Shown here: positions 7,889 to 15,739 of the stretch, one piece after another
Position numbering within the stretch: the stretch's first letter is position 1
Layout: each line of letters opens with the position of its first letter
Source: Myxococcota bacterium
GTDB taxonomy: Bacteria > Myxococcota_A > UBA9160 > UBA4427
Reading direction: 5' to 3'
NCBI GenBank assembly: GCA_036336835.1
Contig: JAYZFK010000033.1
Location: 1-24,988 of the forward strand
DNA: 24,988 bases
Notes under the pieces: model-generated
What the model was told of the DNA's origin: nothing
Seen by the model: the letters and a program-made list of their open reading frames with translations, nothing else
The model's database searches: none
Program-made: the position numbers and the translations under genes

Positions 7889-10800
7889 CTAGCTGGTCGC
7901 CTGCAAGACGATTCGCGGCGTCACGAAGATCAGCAGCTCCTTGCGCTGGTCGCTGACCTCCTTGCTCTTGAAAGCGGCCCCGAGAATCGGAATGCGATGC
8001 AGGTAGGGCACCCGCGACTGCCGGAAGGTCTTCTCGATGGTGTAGATGCCGCCGAGCACCAGGGTCTGGCCGTCCTTCACGAGCGCCTCGGTCTTTGCCT
8101 GGTTCTTGGCGATGGCGGGCGAGCCCGTGGCCGTCTGGACGGTCGAGTCCGGCGCGTCGCGTGTGACCTCGATCTTCATGATGATGCTCTTGTCCGACGT
8201 GATGTGCGGCGTCACCCGCAGCGACAACGTCGCGTCGACGAACTCGAGCTTTGCGTCGCCGTTCTCGAAGGTCTGGAACGGAATCGACACGCCCTGCTCC
8301 ACCATGGCCTCGCTGTTGTCCAGCGTAACGACCCGCGGGCTCGACACGACCTTTCCGTTTCCGGTGCTCTCGGCGGCCTGCAGCTGGACGTCGATGTTGA
8401 ACTTCTCGTCCAGCAGGAACGCCGAAAGGTTGAACAGGGCGGTCGGCTGCGCCGTCAGGTTGTTGATGAAACTGACGTTGTTGGACTCGTTGAGGTCGCG
8501 AAAGGCCGACGGTGCGAAGCGGAAGTCCTCACCCCCGAGATCTGTTCGGGTCCCGCTGTTCGGATCGAAGCCGTTCACCAGCTGCTGCTGTCCCACCGAC
8601 CAGACCGAGCCGAGCTCGCGTGAGAAGTCGAGGTTTGCCTCGACGATCTTCGCCTCGATCATCACCTGCGGCGTCTCGGTATCGACCGCAGCCACCAGAG
8701 CGGTGGCCTCGTCGACCACTGACGCGATGTCCTTCACGATCAGGGTACTGGTGCGCTCGTCGGTGTTCACGCTCCCGCGCGAGGTGAGCAGGCGCTTGAC
8801 GAGCCTCTCCATCGACTTGACATCGCCGTAGTTCACCGGAATCAGCTTGACGACGAGATCCTCGAGCTTCTCCTTGGCACGCCGCTCCTGCAGACGCACC
8901 TCCTCCTCTTGCGCGAGGACGTCGCCCGGTGCGATGCGCAGCACGTTGCCCACGCGCACGAAACCGAATCCCTTGGTCAACAGGATCACGTCGAGCGCCT
9001 GGTCCCAGGGCACGTCGACCAGCCGGATACTCACCTCGCCCGTCACCTCGTCTCCCGAGATGATGTTGAGGTCACTGACCTCGGCGATCAGGCGCAGTAC
9101 GTCCTCGATCGCGACGCCCTTGAAGTCGAGCGAGATGCGACGGCCGCGGTACTCCTTGCCGTCGATCAGTCCGCCCTCCTGGAGCACGTCGATCGCCGCG
9201 GGCGGCTCGAGCGATGCCGGCGGCGCCGGCATGGCAGGCGGGGGCACCGCCTCTTCGTTCAGCGGCAGCCCGGCATCGAGAGGCGCGGCAGCCCCAGTGG
9301 GCATCTGGGGTGCGGTCGGGTCGTTCGGCAGCGGCGCGACGACTCCCTCGCCTCCCGGGCTGCTCGCCGGCGCCGCCGCGGGGTTGGCGCCAATCGCGAA
9401 CTCGACGAAGAGGTTGCTACCGATGGCATCGACCCTCGGAACCAGGTGCGGCGCGCGCTTGACGACCACCCGAACCTCCGCCGGCTGCACCTCGGGCTGC
9501 TGGAAGGCGCGAATCAGCGACAACGGACCATCCGCGCGGGGAGCGATGTTGCCCTCGGCGCCCGGGGCCATCTGCGCGTTGAGGATCCGAACCACGACCG
9601 TCTCGGCATCGGGTGCCACCCAGTCGTGCTCGATCTTGCCGCTGGCAATGATCGCAATCCGCTCGACCCCGCGATCGAAGTCGGTCTCGTACTCGATCCC
9701 GAAGACGGTCATCGGCGTGGCCTCCGGCGACCCGATCATCGCCACGGGCTGCGGCTCGGACGCCTCGGTCGTCTCGCCCGGATGAGCCTCGGCCTGCAGC
9801 GGGAGCTCGACCGGCGCGGTCGACTCGGCCACCTGCGGCTCCACGGGGTTCGGCCCCATCGGCGCCAGCCTCGGTGTCGACTCGGCCCCGATCGCCGCGG
9901 GCTCGACCGGTGCGACCTCGGCCAGATCGAACCCGATCGCCGCGGGCTCGACCGGTGCGAGCTCGGCTGCCGCAAGCTCGATCGGCGCCGCACTCGCGGC
10001 CCAGGCCGCCTCGCTCGCGTCGATCGCCGCCAGCATGGCACCCTCGATCGCGTCGCCGTTCCCCACGCCGACGAGCATGCCATCGGCGACGGGCATCATG
10101 CGCTTGCCCTGGAAGCCAGCTGCCGCGACGCCTCCGTCAATGACGATTCGCACCCTGTCGGAGTGGACGCCAATGCGGACGCCTTCGATCTCAGGAGCGC
10201 CGACCGTCACCTGGCGCGGCTTGAGCGCCGAAGTCATGTCCGGCAGGTCGATGACCAGCCGCGCGGGATCCGACAGCACGAAGCTCTCGGTCGCCCCGAT
10301 CACCCCGTTGGCGACCAGGTGAACGAGGACGCCGCCAGCGACGGACTCGAAACGGACGTCCGAGAGCCTGGTGGCCTCCGGCGGCGGAGCCGGCGCGGGT
10401 ACAACCGGCGCAGGTGAGATCGGCGTGGCGGCGATGACCGCGAAGGGATCGATTGGATGGATATAGGCCAACGGGTCGGCGCCGGCTTCCCAGATGTCTT
10501 CCTCCGACAGATCGACGTCCCTCGCCACCAGGCGCACGGCCATTCCTCCGTCGCTCGGGACGAGCTCGTACTCGGCCTCGTGCGGCAGCCCGATCTCGAC
10601 GCGCGTGCTCGTCTTGCCCATCTCGTCCGTGAAGCTGGCGGCAGACACCTGGTCCACGGTTCCGTCATAGACGGCCACCGGCACCATCTCTGAGACGGTG
10701 GGCACCTCGCCGAGGTCGATCGAAATCGCCCACGGATCGCTGTGAGACGCGACGTCCAGAGTGGTCTCGTGTACGCCGATCAGCGTCACCACTGTGGACT

Positions 10801-10954
10801 CGCCATCCTGGGTGACCTCGAGCGCAGACAGCACGTCCGTCGCCGGTTGCGGGGCATCCGGAGCCTGAGACGACGCACAGGCCATCAGCGCGGCGACGCT
10901 CCCCGCCGCAACAAGCAGCGCTCCTCTCTTCATCAACAGCTTCCAGCTAAACAT
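7889..10954 (-). CDS. pilQ: Type IV pilus secretin with N-terminal AMIN-like domains and probable lipoprotein signal
   Basis: YRGRRISLDFK...VPWDQALD N0 domain, PQVMIEAKIVEA, VPYLHRIPILGAAF...KELLIFVTPRI secretin domain; LSDPARLVIDL AMIN motif; ATG at 10954 chosen for GAGGGGG RBS (track start 10963). Confidence 0.96.
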   Translation of the reverse strand: MFSWKLLMKRGALLVAAGSVAALMACASSQAPDAPQPATDVLSALEVTQDGESTVVTLIGVHETTLDVASHSDPWAISIDLGEVPTVSEMVPVAVYDGTVDQVSAASFTDEMGKTSTRVEIGLPHEAEYELVPSDGGMAVRLVARDVDLSEEDIWEAGADPLAYIHPIDPFAVIAATPISPAPVVPAPAPPPEATRLSDVRFESVAGGVLVHLVANGVIGATESFVLSDPARLVIDLPDMTSALKPRQVTVGAPEIEGVRIGVHSDRVRIVIDGGVAAAGFQGKRMMPVADGMLVGVGNGDAIEGAMLAAIDASEAAWAASAAPIELAAAELAPVEPAAIGFDLAEVAPVEPAAIGAESTPRLAPMGPNPVEPQVAESTAPVELPLQAEAHPGETTEASEPQPVAMIGSPEATPMTVFGIEYETDFDRGVERIAIIASGKIEHDWVAPDAETVVVRILNAQMAPGAEGNIAPRADGPLSLIRAFQQPEVQPAEVRVVVKRAPHLVPRVDAIGSNLFVEFAIGANPAAAPASSPGGEGVVAPLPNDPTAPQMPTGAAAPLDAGLPLNEEAVPPPAMPAPPASLEPPAAIDVLQEGGLIDGKEYRGRRISLDFKGVAIEDVLRLIAEVSDLNIISGDEVTGEVSIRLVDVPWDQALDVILLTKGFGFVRVGNVLRIAPGDVLAQEEEVRLQERRAKEKLEDLVVKLIPVNYGDVKSMERLVKRLLTSRGSVNTDERTSTLIVKDIASVVDEATALVAAVDTETPQVMIEAKIVEANLDFSRELGSVWSVGQQQLVNGFDPNSGTRTDLGGEDFRFAPSAFRDLNESNNVSFINNLTAQPTALFNLSAFLLDEKFNIDVQLQAAESTGNGKVVSSPRVVTLDNSEAMVEQGVSIPFQTFENGDAKLEFVDATLSLRVTPHITSDKSIIMKIEVTRDAPDSTVQTATGSPAIAKNQAKTEALVKDGQTLVLGGIYTIEKTFRQSRVPYLHRIPILGAAFKSKEVSDQRKELLIFVTPRIVLQATS
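9887..9967. repeat. 36-bp direct repeat (one mismatch) at 45-bp period within the pilQ linker
   Basis: cccgatcgccgcgggctcgaccggtgcga(c/g)ctcggc at 9887 and 9932; encodes AE(L/V)APVEPAAIG twice. Confidence 0.85.
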
Positions 10955-10959
10955 CGCGC

Positions 10960-11529
10960 TCACCCCCCCTCGCTTCTGCGGATCCGGAGCTCGACGTCCT
11001 TCGTGCTCTCCTCACCTGCGTAGTCCACGTAGGTTTCCTTCACGAGCACAAGGTTGTCTCCGATATGGATCACCTTGCCTATGTTCTTGCCCATCCGGCT
11101 CCCCACACCAACCGTGTAGGTGCTGCCAGACGGGTCTGCGACCATCGCCCGGGCCATCGCACCGTCCCACACGAGCGCCACCACCGCGAGCTGCTCGAGC
11201 TCGAACCGTTCGAGCGGACCACCGCCCGCCCCACCGGCCGTCGTCGCCTCGATCCGATAGGGCTGGAAAGGATCCCTCCGCCCCTCGGGCCGGTAGGTGT
11301 ACTCGTCCGAGACGGACGCGAAGCCTTCTTCTACCGCTCCCGCCGGGGCCACCTGCTCGGTCGCGGGCTGGCTGCGCTCGCCGGACTTGCGGAGCTTCAT
11401 GGCAGATTTCACCCGTGCTCGTTCGGCCTCTACATCGGCGCCGCTCGGCCCGGTCCGGACATCCTCCCGACAGCCCGCCAGAGCGGCGACGACGACGAGG
11501 ATCAGTACGACTACGATCTGCCTGGCCAC
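10960..11529 (-). CDS. pilP: Type IV pilus lipoprotein PilP
   Basis: Likely start GTG at 11529 with GGAGG RBS; lipobox LAGC; YRPEGRRDPF and PLERFELEQL motifs. Confidence 0.93.
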   Translation of the reverse strand: MARQIVVVLILVVVAALAGCREDVRTGPSGADVEAERARVKSAMKLRKSGERSQPATEQVAPAGAVEEGFASVSDEYTYRPEGRRDPFQPYRIEATTAGGAGGGPLERFELEQLAVVALVWDGAMARAMVADPSGSTYTVGVGSRMGKNIGKVIHIGDNLVLVKETYVDYAGEESTKDVELRIRRSEGG

Positions 11530-11539
11530 ACTCGTCCTC

Positions 11540-12175
11540 CTAGACGCGCCCGCTGCCATCTGGTAGCAGAGCAGCGGTGTCCTTCTTGCCACTGTCGAGG
11601 AAGCGGAAAGTCGTTGCGACACCGTCCACCTTGAGCGATGTCCCGCCACCCCGCTTCTCCCCGGCCTTGATATCGAGTGAGCCAATGTTGACGATTCGCG
11701 AGAGCTTCGAGACCCGCTCGAAGAACTTCGCGATGTCGTGGTAGCGACCCTCCAATTGGAGGTCGAACGGAACTTCGGTGTAGAACCCGTGCGCACGCTC
11801 CTTCTGGCGCCTGATCGACTTGATCTCCACACCGACCTTCTTTCCGGCGGTGCTGATATCGCGTAGCAGATCCTCGAACTGCTTGCGGTTCGGCAGCTGC
11901 TTGAGCGCCCGCTCGAGAGCCCGCTCGAGGCCTGCGACCTCCTGCTCGAACTCGCCGAGGTTGCTCGCAACGACGCGGACCTTGTTCAGCTTGCGCTGTA
12001 GCTCCTGAGCCTCGGCGTTGAGCCGATCGGCGTGGGCGCGCGATTCCTGGTACGACGTCGTGTAGTACCCGGCAGCGATCGCAATCAAGATCCCCACAAC
12101 CACTCCGTGACGAGCGACTTTCGGAACCCTGGCGAACTTCTCGAGCTGCTCATCGAAATCAACTCCGAGATCCAT
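11540..12175 (-). CDS. pilO: Type IV pilus alignment protein PilO
   Basis: N-terminal TM, coiled coil, LKQLP...LLRDIS, FYTEVPF, GRYHDIAKFFERVSKLSRIVN, ATTFRF. Confidence 0.95.
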   Translation of the reverse strand: MDLGVDFDEQLEKFARVPKVARHGVVVGILIAIAAGYYTTSYQESRAHADRLNAEAQELQRKLNKVRVVASNLGEFEQEVAGLERALERALKQLPNRKQFEDLLRDISTAGKKVGVEIKSIRRQKERAHGFYTEVPFDLQLEGRYHDIAKFFERVSKLSRIVNIGSLDIKAGEKRGGGTSLKVDGVATTFRFLDSGKKDTAALLPDGSGRV

Positions 12176-12184
12176 CTTCTCTCC

Positions 12185-12763
12185 CTACGCCGCCTCTTCG
12201 CCCTGCGACTCCGCCTCGATTGGCGCGGCCATTTCTGCTGTCACCGTGAAGACCACGACCTTCACCCCCTGAATCGCCTTGCCGCGCGACGTAGAGACGA
12301 GATCGACGTTGTCGAAGAACCGAGACTCGTTGAGGCTGCGAAGAAAATCAGCGACCACACCCGTGTCGAGGCTCTCACCGCTCAGCGTGACGCGTGTCCC
12401 CTGGGTGGTGAGCTTCGTCAGCCACAAGCGCGCCGGCGTACGGGCGGAGATCTCGTCCATCAGACGCAGCGGACCCCGGCGCCCGCGATCGAGGCTGTCG
12501 ATCACGTCGAGCTTCACCTGCAGCTGCTTCTTCTTCGCCTTGAAAGCAACAACCTCGGCTTGCTGCGGTTTGAACTTCTCGATGTTGGCCTTCAGCTGGC
12601 GCACGGAGGTCATATTCTTCTCGATCTCCTGCTTGACGTCGCCATCGACGACCCAGACTCCCCCCGCCACGATGACAAGCCCGAGCACTAGCAGGCCCAC
12701 GCTGTCGCGAAGAACGGCGACGCGCTTGGCCGCGCGGTGCGGAAGTAGGTTGATCTCGATCAT
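12185..12763 (-). CDS. pilN: Type IV pilus alignment protein PilN
   Basis: MIEINLLP PilM-binding motif, TM segment, coiled coil, LWLTKL, FLRSLNESRFF. Confidence 0.96.
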   Translation of the reverse strand: MIEINLLPHRAAKRVAVLRDSVGLLVLGLVIVAGGVWVVDGDVKQEIEKNMTSVRQLKANIEKFKPQQAEVVAFKAKKKQLQVKLDVIDSLDRGRRGPLRLMDEISARTPARLWLTKLTTQGTRVTLSGESLDTGVVADFLRSLNESRFFDNVDLVSTSRGKAIQGVKVVVFTVTAEMAAPIEAESQGEEAA

Positions 12764-13842
12764 CAGCTGTCCGCCTTTCGCATCGCGAGGCCCACACCGA
12801 CGCTGAGCGCCGGGCCGATCTCGTTCAGGTGGTCGGGGTCGAACGCCTTGCTCGGAGTCATCCGCGCCAGGGGATTCAGGACCTCCACGTCGAGACCGGT
12901 CCGGCCGCGAAAGGCCGTGTCGAAGCCGGCCATGCGTGAGCCGCCGCCCGAGAGCAGCACCTTGGCGATGCGAGTGTCGCTGCTCGTCGCGGTGAAGAAA
13001 TCGAGCGATCGCGCGATCTCGCCGACCACCGCATCGGTCACCGAACGGATGGCTCGCTCCACCTCTTGCGGAACGACCTCCTGCTCATGGGATCCGCTAC
13101 CGCCGCCCAGCTTGATTCGTTCAGCCTCCTCGAAGCTCACCGACAGGGCCTTCTGGATTTCCTCGGTGTACTGGTTGCCGCCGGTGTTGATATCCCGTGT
13201 GAACGCGGGCACGCCGTCCTGCACGATGCTGATGTTCACGATCTGCGCACCGACGTTGACCAGGCCAATCGTGTTTTCGGGCGCCGCCTCGTAGTTCATC
13301 TCGAACGCATTCTCGACGGCAAAGGCTGCAACGTCGACACAGCTCGGCACCAGGCCGGCCTCTCGGATGACCTGAACGTAGTCGTCGATCAGATCCTTTT
13401 TCGCAGCGACGAGCAGGACGTCCATCTGGCCGTCGCCCGCGCTCGAGTCGAGGATCTGGAAGTCGAGATTCACCTCGTTCACGTCGAAGGGGATGTATTG
13501 CTCGGCCTCCCACTGGATCTGGTCCTCGAGGTCATCACGGCTCATCGTGGGAAGGCTCACCTTCTTCACGATCACGGAGTGCCCGGAAACTGCCACCGCG
13601 ACTTCACGTGTCTTGATCCGCCCGCTGTCGATCGCCTCCTTGATCGCGTCGACGATTGCGGAGGAGTTGAGGAAGACGCCCTGCACGATCGCCTCTGCGG
13701 ACAGCGGCGCGATTCCGAGGCTCTTGAGCTCGAACTCCTGGCCCCTTCCGCGGACAGCCACCTCGACGGCCTTGACCGATGAGGAGCCGATGTCGAGCCC
13801 GATCAGCGAACTCTTCGAGAAGCTGGGAAACGAAAACTGCAT
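12763..13842 (-). CDS. pilM: Type IV pilus actin-like protein PilM
   Basis: IGLDIGSSSVKAVE, EAEQYIPFD, VLLVAAKK, LLSGGGS, VGVGLAMR. Confidence 0.97.
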   Translation of the reverse strand: MQFSFPSFSKSSLIGLDIGSSSVKAVEVAVRGRGQEFELKSLGIAPLSAEAIVQGVFLNSSAIVDAIKEAIDSGRIKTREVAVAVSGHSVIVKKVSLPTMSRDDLEDQIQWEAEQYIPFDVNEVNLDFQILDSSAGDGQMDVLLVAAKKDLIDDYVQVIREAGLVPSCVDVAAFAVENAFEMNYEAAPENTIGLVNVGAQIVNISIVQDGVPAFTRDINTGGNQYTEEIQKALSVSFEEAERIKLGGGSGSHEQEVVPQEVERAIRSVTDAVVGEIARSLDFFTATSSDTRIAKVLLSGGGSRMAGFDTAFRGRTGLDVEVLNPLARMTPSKAFDPDHLNEIGPALSVGVGLAMRKADS

Positions 13843-13871
13843 GGGGTTCTCCGGGCCGGCGCGACGTTGGA

Positions 13872-14117
13872 CTAGCTGCTCTCGATCTGGAACAGGGACG
13901 GGACCGCCAGAGCGTCCTCCGCGTCACCGAACACGAGATCCTTGTCGGAGACCTTGAGGTCGAGAGCCAGAAGCACCTTGCGTTTCGTGTCGAGGCGGCA
14001 CGGCCGGCCGGCCTCGAGCCGGTCGATCGTCAGAGGAGAGAGACCCGCTTTTCGTGCGAGCTCCGCCTTGCTCATCATCAGGCGCTCGCGAAACTTCTGA
14101 ACATTGTTGACCGCCAC
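13872..14117 (-). CDS. Small XRE-family helix-turn-helix protein leading the pilM operon
   Basis: NNVQKFRERLMMSKAELARKAGLSPLTIDRLEAG HTH_3 pattern; GTG start preceded by a G-rich RBS. Confidence 0.88.
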   Translation of the reverse strand: MAVNNVQKFRERLMMSKAELARKAGLSPLTIDRLEAGRPCRLDTKRKVLLALDLKVSDKDLVFGDAEDALAVPSLFQIESS

Positions 14118-14121
14118 CTAT

Positions 14122-14137
14122 CCCCCCCCAAAAAAAA
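14122..14137. repeat. Adjacent C8 and A8 homopolymer tracts
   Basis: tCCCCCCCCAAAAAAAAc; T8-G8-ATAG-GTG on the minus strand at the HTH RBS. Confidence 0.85.
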
Positions 14138-14176
14138 CGGGAACGAAATGCGCATCCGCGCACAGGTCCTGTCCGG

Positions 14177-14205
14177 CTATCGGCCCGGAGTTTCGGGGAC
14201 TTGAG
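14177..14205 (-). promoter_or_regulatory. Sigma28/FliA-like promoter of the HTH-pilMNOPQ unit
   Basis: Minus strand cTCAAG-N15-GCCGATAG, -10 element about 59 bp upstream of the HTH start. Confidence 0.65.
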
Positions 14206-14314
14206 AGACTCTCCCTCGCATCCGTGAAAGTGCGGAGCAGCCCTTCGCAGGCAGGCGGAGAGAAGCCCGGAGCAGCCACTCGCGCTCCATCCCCCGCAGG
14301 GCCGCATTGCCGCG

Positions 14315-14343
14315 CTCACGTCCTGCCGACGTTCTGCCGACCA
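14315..14343 (+). promoter_or_regulatory. Weaker sigma28-like promoter of the degenerate activator (divergent)
   Basis: cTCACG-N15-GCCGACCA, 22 bp upstream of ATG 14366. Confidence 0.4.
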
Positions 14344-14365
14344 ACCGTCCAGAACCGGAGCGCCA

Positions 14366-15718
14366 ATGTCCGAAATCCTGCTCGTGATCGACACGCAAGA
14401 CGGCCTCGCGGAAGAGGTCGACGCCGCCCTGGGCACGGGCGACCAACGGGTGCTCTGCGCAACGACCCCCGACCAGACGTTCGCGCACCTGGACTCGGGC
14501 TGGATCGACCTGGTGGTCTGCTCGCCCGACGCGCAGGGCGCCGAGGGCTACGACCTGATCCCGCAGCTACGCCGGCGCCTCCCGCACGTCGCGGTGGCCT
14601 TCGCGTCGAGCGCCGATTCCACGGAGCTCGCGGAGCAGGCGGTTGCCCGCGGCGTCTGCGAGATGCTCGCGCGCCCGGTCTCGCCCGCGGCCCTGCAGCT
14701 CCTGCTCCAGCGCTCCCAGGACTCCCAGCGAAGGCAGCGAGTCAACGGACTGCTGCGCCGCGAGCTGCGTCGAGCGGTGGGCGACTGCCCGATCGTGGCG
14801 GCGTCACAGTCGATGATCACGGTCCTCGAGGACGTCGAGCGAGCAACGCAGTGTTCGACTCCGACGTTGATTCGCGGTGAGCCGGGGACCGGCAAGGAGG
14901 CGATCGCACGCGCGATCCACATGCAATCGGCTCGGCACGAGGCGCCGTTCGTCGCGCTGTCCTGCGCGGGCGTCGCTGAGACCTACATCGAGAACGAGGT
15001 CTTCGGACGGGCTCGCGGTGACTACACCCACAGCGCTCCGGCGCGCCGAGGTCTGCTCGCAGAAATGCGAGGCGGGACCCTCTACCTCGACGAGCTCGGC
15101 GCGCTGAGCCCGCGGCTCCAGACGCGCCTGGCGCGCACCCTGACCACTCGAGAGATCGAGCTGCCCGGCGAGAACCGGACCCTGGAGATCGACCTCAACG
15201 TCCTCGCTTCCACCCAGCGTGACCTGACCCGCGAGGCCAAGGCTGGACGCTTCGATGACGAGCTTCTGGCTCTGTTCGACCCGACGACACTGTTCGTGCC
15301 CCCCTTGCGCGAGCGACGAGAGGATATCCCGCTGCTCGCCGACTCGTTCCTCATCCGCCTGCGCCAGAACCACGGACGCTGTGTACGCGGGATCTCCGAT
15401 TCGGCCCTGGAAGCGCTGACCCGATACCCGTGGCCCGGCAATGTGCGCGAGCTCGAAAACACGCTCGACCGTGCGACACTCCTGGCCGACGGCGAACGGA
15501 TCGAGCTGCGCGATCTTCCCGACGCTGTCCAGTCGGATCACAACGAGATGAGTGACGATGTCTGGGCGCTTCGTCCCGCACGCCGCTCAGCAGAGACCGC
15601 CGCGATCCGGCGTGCACTCCGCGCGACGGGAGGCAATCGCACGCACGCAGCGCGTCTGCTGCGGATCAGCCAGCGGGCCCTGCTCTACAAGATCAAGGAC
15701 TACGCGATTCGGGACTGA
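14366..15718 (+). CDS. Degenerate NtrC-type regulator (pseudo-receiver, AAA+ lacking GAFTGA, Fis HTH); PilR2-like position
   Basis: GGAG RBS; Walker A GEPGTGKE, Walker B LYLDE, WPGNVRELEN, GNRTHAARLLRISQRALLYKIK; GAFTGA replaced by GDYTHS. Confidence 0.88.
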   Translation: MSEILLVIDTQDGLAEEVDAALGTGDQRVLCATTPDQTFAHLDSGWIDLVVCSPDAQGAEGYDLIPQLRRRLPHVAVAFASSADSTELAEQAVARGVCEMLARPVSPAALQLLLQRSQDSQRRQRVNGLLRRELRRAVGDCPIVAASQSMITVLEDVERATQCSTPTLIRGEPGTGKEAIARAIHMQSARHEAPFVALSCAGVAETYIENEVFGRARGDYTHSAPARRGLLAEMRGGTLYLDELGALSPRLQTRLARTLTTREIELPGENRTLEIDLNVLASTQRDLTREAKAGRFDDELLALFDPTTLFVPPLRERREDIPLLADSFLIRLRQNHGRCVRGISDSALEALTRYPWPGNVRELENTLDRATLLADGERIELRDLPDAVQSDHNEMSDDVWALRPARRSAETAAIRRALRATGGNRTHAARLLRISQRALLYKIKDYAIRD

Positions 15719-15739
15719 GCGCGACCTGCTCAGCGGCGC

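Noticed and set aside
11530..11970. N-terminal extension of pilP in the ORF track
   Set aside because: Overlaps pilO; the RBS and lipoprotein signal place the start at 11529
14104..14880. Overlapping ORFs across the divergent intergenic region (14104-14880, 13924-14436, 14177-14488, 13779-14204)
   Set aside because: Arg/Pro-rich out-of-frame translations overlapping real genes and promoters
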